Shown: one piece after another, positions 50,892 through 59,153 of the stretch
How positions within the stretch are numbered: position 1 is the first letter of the stretch
How the letters are laid out: each line of letters starts with the position of its first letter
NCBI GenBank assembly: GCA_022826485.1
Contig: JAJDUU010000014.1
Span: forward strand, 131,254 to 195,253
Source: Chloroflexota bacterium
Lineage (GTDB): Bacteria; Chloroflexota; UBA11872
Reading direction: 5' to 3'
DNA length: 64,000 bases
Notes under the pieces: model-generated
What the model was told of the DNA's origin: nothing
Seen by the model: only the letters and a program-made list of their open reading frames with translations
The model's database searches: none
Program-made: the position numbers and the translations under genes

Positions 50892-51943
50892 AGCCGGAAT
50901 CTCCCGACCAGGCCCTGCGGCCGGAACAGCATGAGCAGCACCAGCAGGATGCCCAGGACGACCTGCCGCGCCTGGCCGACGAATTCGGTGGGCAGAAACG
51001 GCAGGAAACGCATGCCCTCCTCGAGCATCACAAAGGCCATGGCCCCAAGGATCGATCCCCAAATCGTGGCCAGCCCACCCAGGATCACGATTGACACCAG
51101 CAGGATCGACTCCAGCAGGACGAAGGAATTGGGATCGATGAAGCTCGTCCAGCTGCCGAACAGGGCGCCCGCCAGGCCGGCCATCATGGCCGAGATGACC
51201 CAGATGGCGAGCTTGTAGTGGGCGGTCTGGTAGCCGAAGACCTCGATGGCCTGCTCGTCCTCGCGGATGGCTCTGAGCACCCGTCCAAACGACGAGGTCA
51301 CGATGAACCACGAGATGAGCACCACGATGGCGAGGAACACGAGCGCCAGCACCAGAAACTCGAACGCGCCGCTGAGCGTCCACCCACCGATCTCGGGCCT
51401 GGCGATCTCGTGGATGCCGAAGGCCCCTCGGGTCAGCGGGCGCCAGTTCAAGAAGAGGTTGAAGGCGATGACGGCGAAGCCGAATGAAACCAGCACGTAG
51501 ATGTCGTCGCGGAATCGGTTGAAGGCAACGCCCACCACGACGGCCACCAGTCCGGCCAGGATCACGCTGAACGGCAACGCGGCGAAGAAGGGCCAGCCGA
51601 AGGTCGGGATGGCCTCCGTCCGCAGCTGCTCGTACGAGGCGTCGGAACTGAGGATCGCCATCGCGTAGGCCCCGATGCCGAAGAACCCGATATGCCCCAC
51701 CGACAGCAGGCCGGTATAGCCCACCACCAGGTTCAGGCTGACCGCCAGGATCGCCCAGATGGCGAAGACCGTGCTCACGGTGATGGCGAATCCGACGCCC
51801 TGCCACAGCATGAACGCTGCGGCCCAGGAGATGATCACCAGGTTGGCCCACAGCTCGATGTTGCCCTTGGCGAACCGCCGGCGCCGCCCGGCGTCGACCG
51901 TTCGTCGCACCAGGTTTCCGACGGTCTGGGTACTCAGCGCCAC
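50888..51943 (-). CDS. livM: Branched-chain amino acid ABC transporter permease LivM
   Basis: It is a polytopic permease of the LivM family. Confidence 0.85.
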   Translation of the reverse strand: MALSTQTVGNLVRRTVDAGRRRRFAKGNIELWANLVIISWAAAFMLWQGVGFAITVSTVFAIWAILAVSLNLVVGYTGLLSVGHIGFFGIGAYAMAILSSDASYEQLRTEAIPTFGWPFFAALPFSVILAGLVAVVVGVAFNRFRDDIYVLVSFGFAVIAFNLFLNWRPLTRGAFGIHEIARPEIGGWTLSGAFEFLVLALVFLAIVVLISWFIVTSSFGRVLRAIREDEQAIEVFGYQTAHYKLAIWVISAMMAGLAGALFGSWTSFIDPNSFVLLESILLVSIVILGGLATIWGSILGAMAFVMLEEGMRFLPFLPTEFVGQARQVVLGILLVLLMLFRPQGLVGRFRL

Positions 51944-51947
51944 CCCG

Positions 51948-53354
51948 CTACCTCCGTGGCAACAGGCCCTGAGGCCAGAACGACAGGAAGATGATGAGGA
52001 CCACGAACGAGATGACGTCCTTCCACTCGCCGGCCAGGTCCCAGATGCCGAACTGCTCGATCATGCCCAGGGCGAAGCCGCCGATGATGGCGCCGTGGAG
52101 ATTTCCGATGCCGCCGATTACCGAGGCGATCCAGCCCTTGAGCAGAAGCAGGAGCCCCATCCGCGGCTGAATGGCGGTGTCGTGGCCGCTGAGAATTCCG
52201 GCCAGCGCGGCGAATATCGCACCGATGAAGAACACCACGGCAATGACGACCGTGGTGTTGATGCCCACCACCTTCGACACCTCTTCGTCGTCCCCGATGG
52301 CCCGCACCGCGGTGCCGAACGCCGTCCTCTTGAGGAGCAGCAGCAGGCCGACAAAGCCCGCCAGCGCCACGCCGATGGAGAACACGTTGAATCCCTTGAT
52401 GTTCGCTCCGGCAACGGTCCACACATCGCTGCCGAACGCTTCCGGCAGCGGGCGCGGCGCGGCCCGAAAGATGATGGTGGTGATGGCGGTGATCGCCAGC
52501 AGGATGCCGAGCGAGGCCACGAGCATGATCAGGGGCGACTTGGCCCTCAGGCGCATGTACACGTAGAGGCCCCGGTAAAGGGCCAGGCTCACGGCCCCCG
52601 CCAGCACGCAAGAAACGCCCCAGCTCAAATAGAGGTTGAACTCCGGCGTCGTTGCTACGAGGAATCCGCAATAGGCGCCAACGGCCGCCGCGGGTGGGAT
52701 CGTGCCGATCAGCGCCGCCCGACCGGAACCAAGGGAGAGACGCCGCAAGCCTCGCAGGAGCGCCCACACGGCCACCGCCGCGACCAGCACGCCGATCACC
52801 GGACTGAGCAGGGCGTTGAGTTGCTTTGGATTGGCAAGAACCAACCCCATATAGACCCCGACTCCCGCCGACAGCGTGCCGCCCAGGGCGACCAACGCAT
52901 CTTGATTGAGACGGGTCCGTAGTCGGCTGTGGAAGTTCACGTGCAGCGCCCACGCCACGACCCCGGCAACGACCAGTGCAAAGGCGATGTTGACGAAGTG
53001 GTTGGTGACGTCGTAGCGACCGCCCAGGAAGTCCTGCGATCGCAGATAGAAGACGCCGTAGGCGCCCAGCGCGGCGGCCGCGCCGTAGTAGAGGTCGAAG
53101 AACCAGACCGTGCTGTAGACGAGCGTGAATCCCATGGCCAGCAGGGCATACACGGCGCCCACGGGCAGGCCGTTGAAGGCGAACTGCAAGGCCTGGCTGG
53201 GGGACTGAAAGATCTTCCAGAGGATGTATGCCAGGACCGCGGTGGTCAGCACCGTGGCCAGCGCCCGGCTGTGGTGCTCGCGAAAGCGCATCAGCGCACC
53301 GAGCGGGGCAGCCTTGAGCCGTGCCAGGCTCATCGCGCGAAAGGACGGGCGCAA
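51948..53354 (-). CDS. livH: Branched-chain amino acid ABC transporter permease LivH-like, with an unusually long insertion (468 aa)
   Basis: It is a BPD_transp_2 family permease (GFTLVYS..., GGLAGALFG-like regions) and is about 150 aa longer than typical LivH. Confidence 0.8.
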   Translation of the reverse strand: MRPSFRAMSLARLKAAPLGALMRFREHHSRALATVLTTAVLAYILWKIFQSPSQALQFAFNGLPVGAVYALLAMGFTLVYSTVWFFDLYYGAAAALGAYGVFYLRSQDFLGGRYDVTNHFVNIAFALVVAGVVAWALHVNFHSRLRTRLNQDALVALGGTLSAGVGVYMGLVLANPKQLNALLSPVIGVLVAAVAVWALLRGLRRLSLGSGRAALIGTIPPAAAVGAYCGFLVATTPEFNLYLSWGVSCVLAGAVSLALYRGLYVYMRLRAKSPLIMLVASLGILLAITAITTIIFRAAPRPLPEAFGSDVWTVAGANIKGFNVFSIGVALAGFVGLLLLLKRTAFGTAVRAIGDDEEVSKVVGINTTVVIAVVFFIGAIFAALAGILSGHDTAIQPRMGLLLLLKGWIASVIGGIGNLHGAIIGGFALGMIEQFGIWDLAGEWKDVISFVVLIIFLSFWPQGLLPRR

Positions 53355-53472
53355 TGGCCCGAGAGCGCCCCGAACGTGGAAGGCAAATGGCTCGCCGGTC
53401 TAGCTGATGCGACCGCCGGGCGGCCCGGCGATCCCGGGCCACCCGGCGAATTTCCTGTCAATACGGCTAGGC

Positions 53473-54666
53473 TCACCCGGTCGGCGCGGCGCCCAGGACC
53501 TTGTAGCCTCCGTTGTCTTCGGTTCGCTCGGCGGGTGGCAACACCTCCAACACGGCGTTGGACAGACCAACCACTTCGCCTTTTTCGTCGAAGCTGTAGT
53601 TGTCGCCGATCGTTCCGCTCCAGGTGATCTCGTAGAGACAGTCACGGAACCCGTCGGCGTCCTGGTCGTCGCCGGTCTTCTTGAGGCACTCGGCGGCAAT
53701 GTAGACGGTGTCATAGGCCGATCCGAGGAACCAGGGCAGCGTGACGTAGTCGTAACGGTCGCTGAAGTTCGCCAACACCTCCTGGGCTTTGGCGTTTGCC
53801 GGGTCCAGGTCCGGCGTAATGCCGATCACGCCTGTCGCGGCGTCGCCGGCGATCTCCTGGGCCGTCGTTCCAATCGGCACGACGTCAGCGTAGATGGGCC
53901 CGTCGTAGCCCAACTCGCGAAGCTGCTTGATGATGGTGCCGCCGGTGAACTCGGACTGGGCGGCGATGTGCAGGGCATCCGGGTTGGCGCCGAGGAGTTT
54001 CTCCAACTGCGTTCGGAAGTCCGTGGTGTCGGAGGCGTAGCGCTCCTCACCCACGATCTCGCCACCCAGGCTCTGGAAGTGCTCGGAGGTGGTGCGCCGC
54101 ACGCCCTCCGCGTAGTCGGTCGACTCGCTGATGGTTGCCAGCTTCCGGATGCCGTCGGCCCAGAGCACGTTGCCTGTGTCCACGCCCACGGTGGCGTCGC
54201 TGAGCGCGGTGCGGAAGATGTAGTCGCCGGCCTCCGCGATGTCCGGGTTCGTCGCCAGGCCGGAGAACATCACGACGCCGTCCTCCTCGGCCAGGGGCGC
54301 GGCGCCGAGCATCGCGCCGCTGCACGAGGTGCCAAGGATGATCTTCACTCCATCAACGTCAGTGAGCTTGGTGTAGGCGGTGATGGCGTCCTGGGCGTTG
54401 CACTTCGAGTCTTCGACCACGAGCTCCAGCATGCGCCCGTTGATGCCGCCCGCGGCGTTGATCTCGGCCACGGCCATTTCCTTGGACTGCACCGCCACGG
54501 TGCCATAGGTCTCGCCGGGGCCGGTGACGGACTCCATCACGCCGATCCGAAACGGCTCGTCGCTTGCGGCTTCACCGCATCCCAGGGCGGCCACCACGAG
54601 CACGGCCAGCAACGCAAGCGAGGCAGTTCGCTTCCATGAAAATACGCTCACGAGATACCCCCTCAT
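53473..54666 (-). CDS. livK: Branched-chain amino acid ABC transporter substrate-binding lipoprotein (LivJ/LivK family)
   Basis: It has a signal peptide plus lipobox (LVVAALGCGEA) and a periplasmic-binding-protein type I fold (IGVMESVTGPGETYG). Confidence 0.85.
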   Translation of the reverse strand: MRGYLVSVFSWKRTASLALLAVLVVAALGCGEAASDEPFRIGVMESVTGPGETYGTVAVQSKEMAVAEINAAGGINGRMLELVVEDSKCNAQDAITAYTKLTDVDGVKIILGTSCSGAMLGAAPLAEEDGVVMFSGLATNPDIAEAGDYIFRTALSDATVGVDTGNVLWADGIRKLATISESTDYAEGVRRTTSEHFQSLGGEIVGEERYASDTTDFRTQLEKLLGANPDALHIAAQSEFTGGTIIKQLRELGYDGPIYADVVPIGTTAQEIAGDAATGVIGITPDLDPANAKAQEVLANFSDRYDYVTLPWFLGSAYDTVYIAAECLKKTGDDQDADGFRDCLYEITWSGTIGDNYSFDEKGEVVGLSNAVLEVLPPAERTEDNGGYKVLGAAPTG

Positions 54667-54824
54667 GCTGAGGCCGTCCAGGCCCGCCCGCAGGCTTGCT
54701 AGCACCTATTCAACTTCGACGTGGAAGTGTAGGAGCGGGCCGCGCGCCTATGCAAACGTGAGACGCCGTCCGACCTTGATTGGAACGGCGCCGCCAACGC
54801 GGAACGTCGCTGGATCCAGGGGCC

Positions 54825-55217
54825 TTACGGCTTCGACCAGGGAATTGGCGGTTTCCCCCGGAGATAGGTGGTGTGCACATCCGTGAGCGCGTCGGGCACG
54901 GGGAACACGGTCAGAATCACTGCCGGACTGTCGCCGGCGCCGGTGAAGCCGTGCGCGCTGCCCGCGGGGAATACGCACACGTCGCCGGGCCCGGCAGTGC
55001 GCCACTGATCGTCGAGGTACACGTGAATGCACCCGCAGAGCGGAAGCAGCGCCTCGTCCACGTCGTGCCAATGCAGCGGCGTCTCGGCCCCGGGCTCCAC
55101 CGTGAAGTGCTGCATGGACAGCGAGCTTGAGCCCTGCGCCGAGCCAATCACCTGACGCAAGGTCTGTCCCGGCCGCCACGCGGTTTCTGGCTGGTCGGCG
55201 AGGCGCACGATGGGCAC
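54825..55217 (-). CDS. Cupin domain protein
   Basis: It carries ETPLHWHDVDE ... AGSAHGF cupin motifs. Confidence 0.65.
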   Translation of the reverse strand: MPIVRLADQPETAWRPGQTLRQVIGSAQGSSSLSMQHFTVEPGAETPLHWHDVDEALLPLCGCIHVYLDDQWRTAGPGDVCVFPAGSAHGFTGAGDSPAVILTVFPVPDALTDVHTTYLRGKPPIPWSKP

Positions 55218-55255
55218 GAGGCAGTCCTCCTCAGACCGGCGGCCTGCCCGCGGGC

Positions 55256-56146
55256 CTAGCTCCGTCCGGGAAAGGTCAGCTCCGCCACGCCCGACTTGTC
55301 CAGCTCGCCCTTGCCGATGGCGATCATCTTGTCGTACTGCGCCTTCGTCGCCTGCGCCAACGGCAGGTCGAGTCCGGCGTCGTCGGCCAGCGACAGGGCA
55401 ATGCCCGAGTCCTTGGCCGCGTGCGCCGATGAGAAGTACGTCTCATGGTCCCGGATCACCATGTCCTCGCCGTCGGTTTCGAGCACGCGTGAGTTCGCCC
55501 CGGTCTGCGAGAACACCTCCTGGAGCACGTCCAGGTCCAACCCCAGCGCCGACCCAAGGCCCAGGCCCTCGGCCAGCCCGGCGGTGTTGATGTTCATCAC
55601 CATGTTGACCAGCGCCTTCACCTGCGCCGCCGTGCCCGCGGGCCCGATGTAGCGACGCGAGATGCTCAGGGTTTCCAATAGCGGCTCGACCTGCTGGTAG
55701 ACGGCTTCGCGCCCGCCGCACATCAGGTAGAGAGTTCCGTCGCGCGCCTGCGTGATGCTGCTGGCCATGCAGGCTTCCAGGCTGCTCGCGCCGGCGCCCT
55801 CGGCTAGGGCCTCCACATCCACGTGCACCTGCGGCGTGATGGTGGCGCAGTTGATGAACACCCGGCCCTCGGCGCCGGTCAGCAGACTGTCGCCGCTCTC
55901 GCTGAAGATCTCGCCCATGGAGGCGTCGTCCGTGACCACGGTGATGATGACGTCGGACGCCGCCGTCACTCCGGCCAGGGAGTCCGAGGCCTCGCACCCA
56001 AGCTCGCCGGCCAGCGATTCGGCCAGCGCGCCCTGCGCGTCGAATACGGCGGAGACCGTATAGCCCTCGTCGTTCAGGTGGCGCGCCATGTTGGCGCCCA
56101 TCCGCCCCACGCCCACAAAACCAATCCGCTGCGCCATGTCCGCCAT
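55256..56146 (-). CDS. NAD(P)-dependent 3-hydroxyisobutyrate dehydrogenase-family oxidoreductase (MmsB / 2-hydroxy-3-oxopropionate reductase-like)
   Basis: It has an N-terminal Rossmann motif (IGFVGVGRMGANMA) and a 6PGD-like C-terminal domain. Confidence 0.8.
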   Translation of the reverse strand: MADMAQRIGFVGVGRMGANMARHLNDEGYTVSAVFDAQGALAESLAGELGCEASDSLAGVTAASDVIITVVTDDASMGEIFSESGDSLLTGAEGRVFINCATITPQVHVDVEALAEGAGASSLEACMASSITQARDGTLYLMCGGREAVYQQVEPLLETLSISRRYIGPAGTAAQVKALVNMVMNINTAGLAEGLGLGSALGLDLDVLQEVFSQTGANSRVLETDGEDMVIRDHETYFSSAHAAKDSGIALSLADDAGLDLPLAQATKAQYDKMIAIGKGELDKSGVAELTFPGRS

Positions 56147-56229
56147 CGCTAGCCCCCCTTAAGTGGTGCGGGGTACGGACAAGCCGCGAAGGACTGCCCG
56201 CACCCCGTCTTCCGTCGCTGGTTGAACGC

Positions 56230-56670
56230 CTATCCGCTCAGGGACGCGTGGAAGTCGCTCCAGTCCTCGAGCGCATTCAGCGTCACGGCGTCCTTGATGG
56301 CGTGGTCCGCGTTGGTCCCGGCGCCCTCGGAAATCGCCGCCACGATGTCGTCGCCGTGCTCATAGCCCGCGATCGCCGCGTTCGAGGCGTCGATCACCGA
56401 CTGGTCGATGCTGCCGCCGTTCTGGTCGACGACCCACTGCTCGAACTGCGGATACGTCGGGCGACTGCTCGAAATGAAGTCCACCGCCGCGTCGCGGTCG
56501 ACCCCCAGGCCGTCCAGCACCATCTGGTCGAACCCGGCGCCGCACGCGTCGTATTCGTCATTGAGCTGGCCCGCCGCCGACAACGAGACCTTCAGCCACA
56601 GCCGCGGCAGGTGCATCGCTCCCAGCGGTCCGGCTTCGCTTGATCCAATCATCGGAATCATCTTCGCCAT
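56230..56670 (-). CDS. DUF5069-like protein
   Basis: The MHLPRLWLKVSLSAAGQLNDEY region resembles the conserved LPRxxDKxRL...G.LP.EY core of DUF5069. The start is tentative. Confidence 0.5.
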   Translation of the reverse strand: MAKMIPMIGSSEAGPLGAMHLPRLWLKVSLSAAGQLNDEYDACGAGFDQMVLDGLGVDRDAAVDFISSSRPTYPQFEQWVVDQNGGSIDQSVIDASNAAIAGYEHGDDIVAAISEGAGTNADHAIKDAVTLNALEDWSDFHASLSG

Positions 56671-56831
56671 TTGCTCGCTCCTCACCGTCGCCCGGGCAGC
56701 CTGAAGGGTGCCTAGCACGATACCAACAAACCATTGCGGAGGTGAAGCTTCGGGCCACAGCAGTCGCGCCGCGCCGCCCGTTCGTGGTGAGCCCGTCGAA
56801 CCACGCCGGGAGTCCCTCGCTCCGTCTCCTC

Positions 56832-57140
56832 CGTCATTCCGGCGAAGAGCCTGCCCCGTACTCGATACGGGGCCGAAATCCAGTCGGGCTCACGGACGTG
56901 TCAGACGGACCTGGACCCCGGCCTTCGCCGGGGTGACGAGGAAATCCCTGGGCTGCCGGTAACCGCTATCCCCCCGCCCGTCATTCCCGCCATCACCCGC
57001 CCGTCATTCCGGCGGACGCCGGAATCCAGGTCCGGTGGCCCACGCTGCGTGCAGCGTGGGATCCGGCGCCAGTGCGTTTGCTCCCTATTCCCCGTGCGCG
57101 TCCGCTCCCTCTCCCGCGGGGAGAGGGCAGGGGTGAGGGG
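56832..57140. repeat. Cluster of GC-rich palindromic REP/MITE-like elements forming the left boundary of the 57-62 kb island
   Basis: The cluster holds several palindromes and inverted repeats. There is an inverted repeat ccggcgaagg/ccttcgccgg spanning about 100 bp around a ccccgta-ctcga-tacgggg hairpin. There are tandem cgtcattcc(c/g)gc...ggaatcc units (56986-57030). The palindrome cccacgctgcgtgcagcgtggg lies at 57039-57060. The palindrome ccctctcccgcggggagaggg (57107-57127) sits next to ggggtgagggg. Confidence 0.6.
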
Positions 57141-57283
57141 CCGCCGGCACTATCCACCAGTACACGGTCCCACAAGGACAATCCTGGGGATTGCCCGTTC
57201 GCGCCACCGGCTGCCAGCCGCCGCCGCCCGGCGATATAGGATTGACTCAGGCCCGCCTGAACGGACCTGCCTGCGAGGTCTCC

Positions 57284-57724
57284 ATGACTGACGACGCAAC
57301 CCCGAACGAGAACTCCCCGGCCGTTCACGCGCCCCTGTCCATCATGCAGTCCGTCATCGCCCGCATGGCCGACGGCAGCCGTTCATGCAAGACCTGGTGC
57401 GTCATCATCATTGCGGCCATCCTGGTCCTCGGCGCGGGCATGACCGAATTCGACCACCTGTGGATCGCCTACGTGCCGCTGATCGTCTTCCTCGGCCTCG
57501 ACATGTACTACCTGGCTCTGGAGCGGCGGTTCAGGGCGTCCTACAACGCCTTCCTGCAGAAGCTCCGCAGCGGCGATGTCACCGCCGAAGACTTATTCGA
57601 GATCACGCCCGCAGGCTCAGCCGCCAAGGCATGGTTCGCGACCCTCGGCTCAATCGCCATCTGGCCCTTCTATCTGGTCCTCGCCGGAGTCATAGCCTTC
57701 GTATGGTGGCAGGTAACGGGCTAA
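57284..57724 (+). CDS. Small integral membrane protein (three predicted TM helices) of unknown function
   Basis: It is an ORF of about 146 aa from the ATG at 57284 (MTDDATPNEN...). It has hydrophobic segments WCVIIIAAILVLGAGM, LWIAYVPLIVFLGLDMYYLAL and LGSIAIWPFYLVLAGVIAFVWW. No family was recognised. Confidence 0.5.
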   Translation: MTDDATPNENSPAVHAPLSIMQSVIARMADGSRSCKTWCVIIIAAILVLGAGMTEFDHLWIAYVPLIVFLGLDMYYLALERRFRASYNAFLQKLRSGDVTAEDLFEITPAGSAAKAWFATLGSIAIWPFYLVLAGVIAFVWWQVTG

Positions 57725-57800
57725 GGTAATGGCTGTGAAGCAGGCGGTCAGGTGCGGCTGCGTTAGGGGCTGAGCGTGCCGTGTGTTTCGTGGTCGTGGT

Positions 57801-57825
57801 TTGCCTGTTTCGTGTTTTCTATAAT
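57801..57825 (+). promoter_or_regulatory. Candidate sigma70-like promoter (ttgcct ... tataat) upstream of the DUF4238 gene
   Basis: A perfect tataat lies at 57820-57825 with ttgcct at 57801-57806 (13-nt spacer, suboptimal). A GGGGAAAGGAG Shine-Dalgarno-like sequence precedes the ATG at 57917. Confidence 0.25.
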
Positions 57826-57916
57826 CGGCCGAAATGTGAGCAGAACAGAACAACCCAGTCTGATGCTCACTCCGAGACGCATATCTGGGCAAAGATCTAT
57901 TGTGGGGAAAGGAGTG

Positions 57917-59030
57917 ATGCAAAACGGGTAAGAAAAGGCAGCATTATGTTCCTAAATTCTATCTCAAGGCATTTCAAAGCGAACCAAGGAGAATCCACAT
58001 CTATAATCTTGAGAGATCGATGCCGATAAGGAGCGTAAGCGTCCGGGACCAATGCCATAAGCCCAACTTTTACGGGGCTGACAATCGCAACGAAGATATG
58101 TTGGGGTTTTTCGAGAATCACATGGCCAGAGTTATCTCATCAATAAATGAAAGCAAAGGTATCCCTAGAGATGGCGATGCGTCTCGTAATCTCCTCTTGC
58201 TTTTTGTGGCCCTTCAATCTATGCGCACCGCTAAAGCCGCTGATCAAGTGGAGCAGATTATGGCAAAGATTAGCGACCGAGTCTATTCCGGTGACCGGAG
58301 AAGTCGGCAAGACTTTGACAGGTCGGATGTGGGAAGAATGTTAGGGGGTTCTGAGAATGCACCTGAGAGTCTGCTTAACTTGGTTCCTGATCTACTCGAG
58401 TCAATTTTAGATCTGAATGCTCATTTGGTGATTTCCAGGAACAATGAATTTCTAGCAAGTGACAACCCGGCTTTTAAGTATAATCAATACTGTGAGGGCC
58501 TTTCGGCCATGGGAACTACCGGCGCAATTAAAAAAGGATTTCAAGTATTTCTGCCAATTTCACCGAGCACTCATTTGGTTCTTTATGATGGATCAACCTA
58601 TCGGGTGAAATCTCGTGATAAGGCATCTTGCGTCAGCACTGCTCAGCAATCTGATATAGAAACCTTGAATATGCTACAGATGGTTTCGGCTGGGATGAAT
58701 GTCTATTTCTCTAACTGGAGCCAAGCTGCAGGTATCGATAAGCTTTACCGAAGCGTTAAGTCAATTCGCGATGCTAATTCGGTGGTTGTTTCTGAATTCG
58801 GTCGTGATGGTGTCGAGAATGAATCTCTAATTCACACCTATGAACAGATGCCGAATCTGTCGCTTGAACTTGGATTTCTACACTTGCGGAGGCGAGCACT
58901 CAGAATACCGCTTCGTGACCGTCACCGACTAATCCGAATGGCGCATGGTGGCAAGTTCACACGCAGGCGTGGACCACATAGTCAGCCGAATGAAGTCGTG
59001 AGATATTCGAGATTCTTAGGTCGAAGCTGA
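57917..59030 (+). CDS. DUF4238 family protein. It appears to need a +1 frameshift near 57920-57930 to join its start codon to the conserved N-terminus, so it is either a pseudogene or carries a sequencing error in a homopolymer run.
   Basis: The frame of table ORF 58020..59030 extends upstream as KRQHYVPKFYLKAFQSEPRRIHIYNLERS, the DUF4238 HYVPxFYLKxF N-terminal signature. That frame has a TGA at 57915 and no start codon. The ATG at 57917 (MQNG*) is in the -1 frame and is preceded by a Shine-Dalgarno sequence. GC is about 45%, against about 69% for the background. Confidence 0.55.
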
Positions 59031-59153
59031 GATTGACAGGATGTCGGCCACGTATATGCGAGGCGGATCATTCTGGGAAAAACGGCCTGAATGTGTGGAT
59101 GGTGACGGATTGGGAGTGTACGCGTTGTTTCGCGTGGGGTAAGGAAGCTAGGG

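Noticed and set aside
50136-51851. 571-aa ORF, also the N-terminal extensions of ORFs 9606..11135, 11132..13057 and 838..2190
   Set aside because: The extensions are low-complexity Arg-rich translations that overlap well-supported genes (livM, rimI, purH, cupin). The real genes start at internal GTG/ATG codons coupled to the upstream stop.
56708-56962. 84-aa ORF ending ...TWTPAFAGVTRKSLGCR, and the 2042-2282 extension reading ...SSLRGNDESVETG...
   Set aside because: These are translations of the REP-like palindromic elements (the cgtcattcccgc...gggaatc family), not genes.
56832-57140. Possible CRISPR array, considered because of the repeated palindromes here and at 63449-63900
   Set aside because: The repeats are heterogeneous units without regular repeat-spacer periodicity and no cas genes are present. 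They fit REP/MITE-type elements instead.
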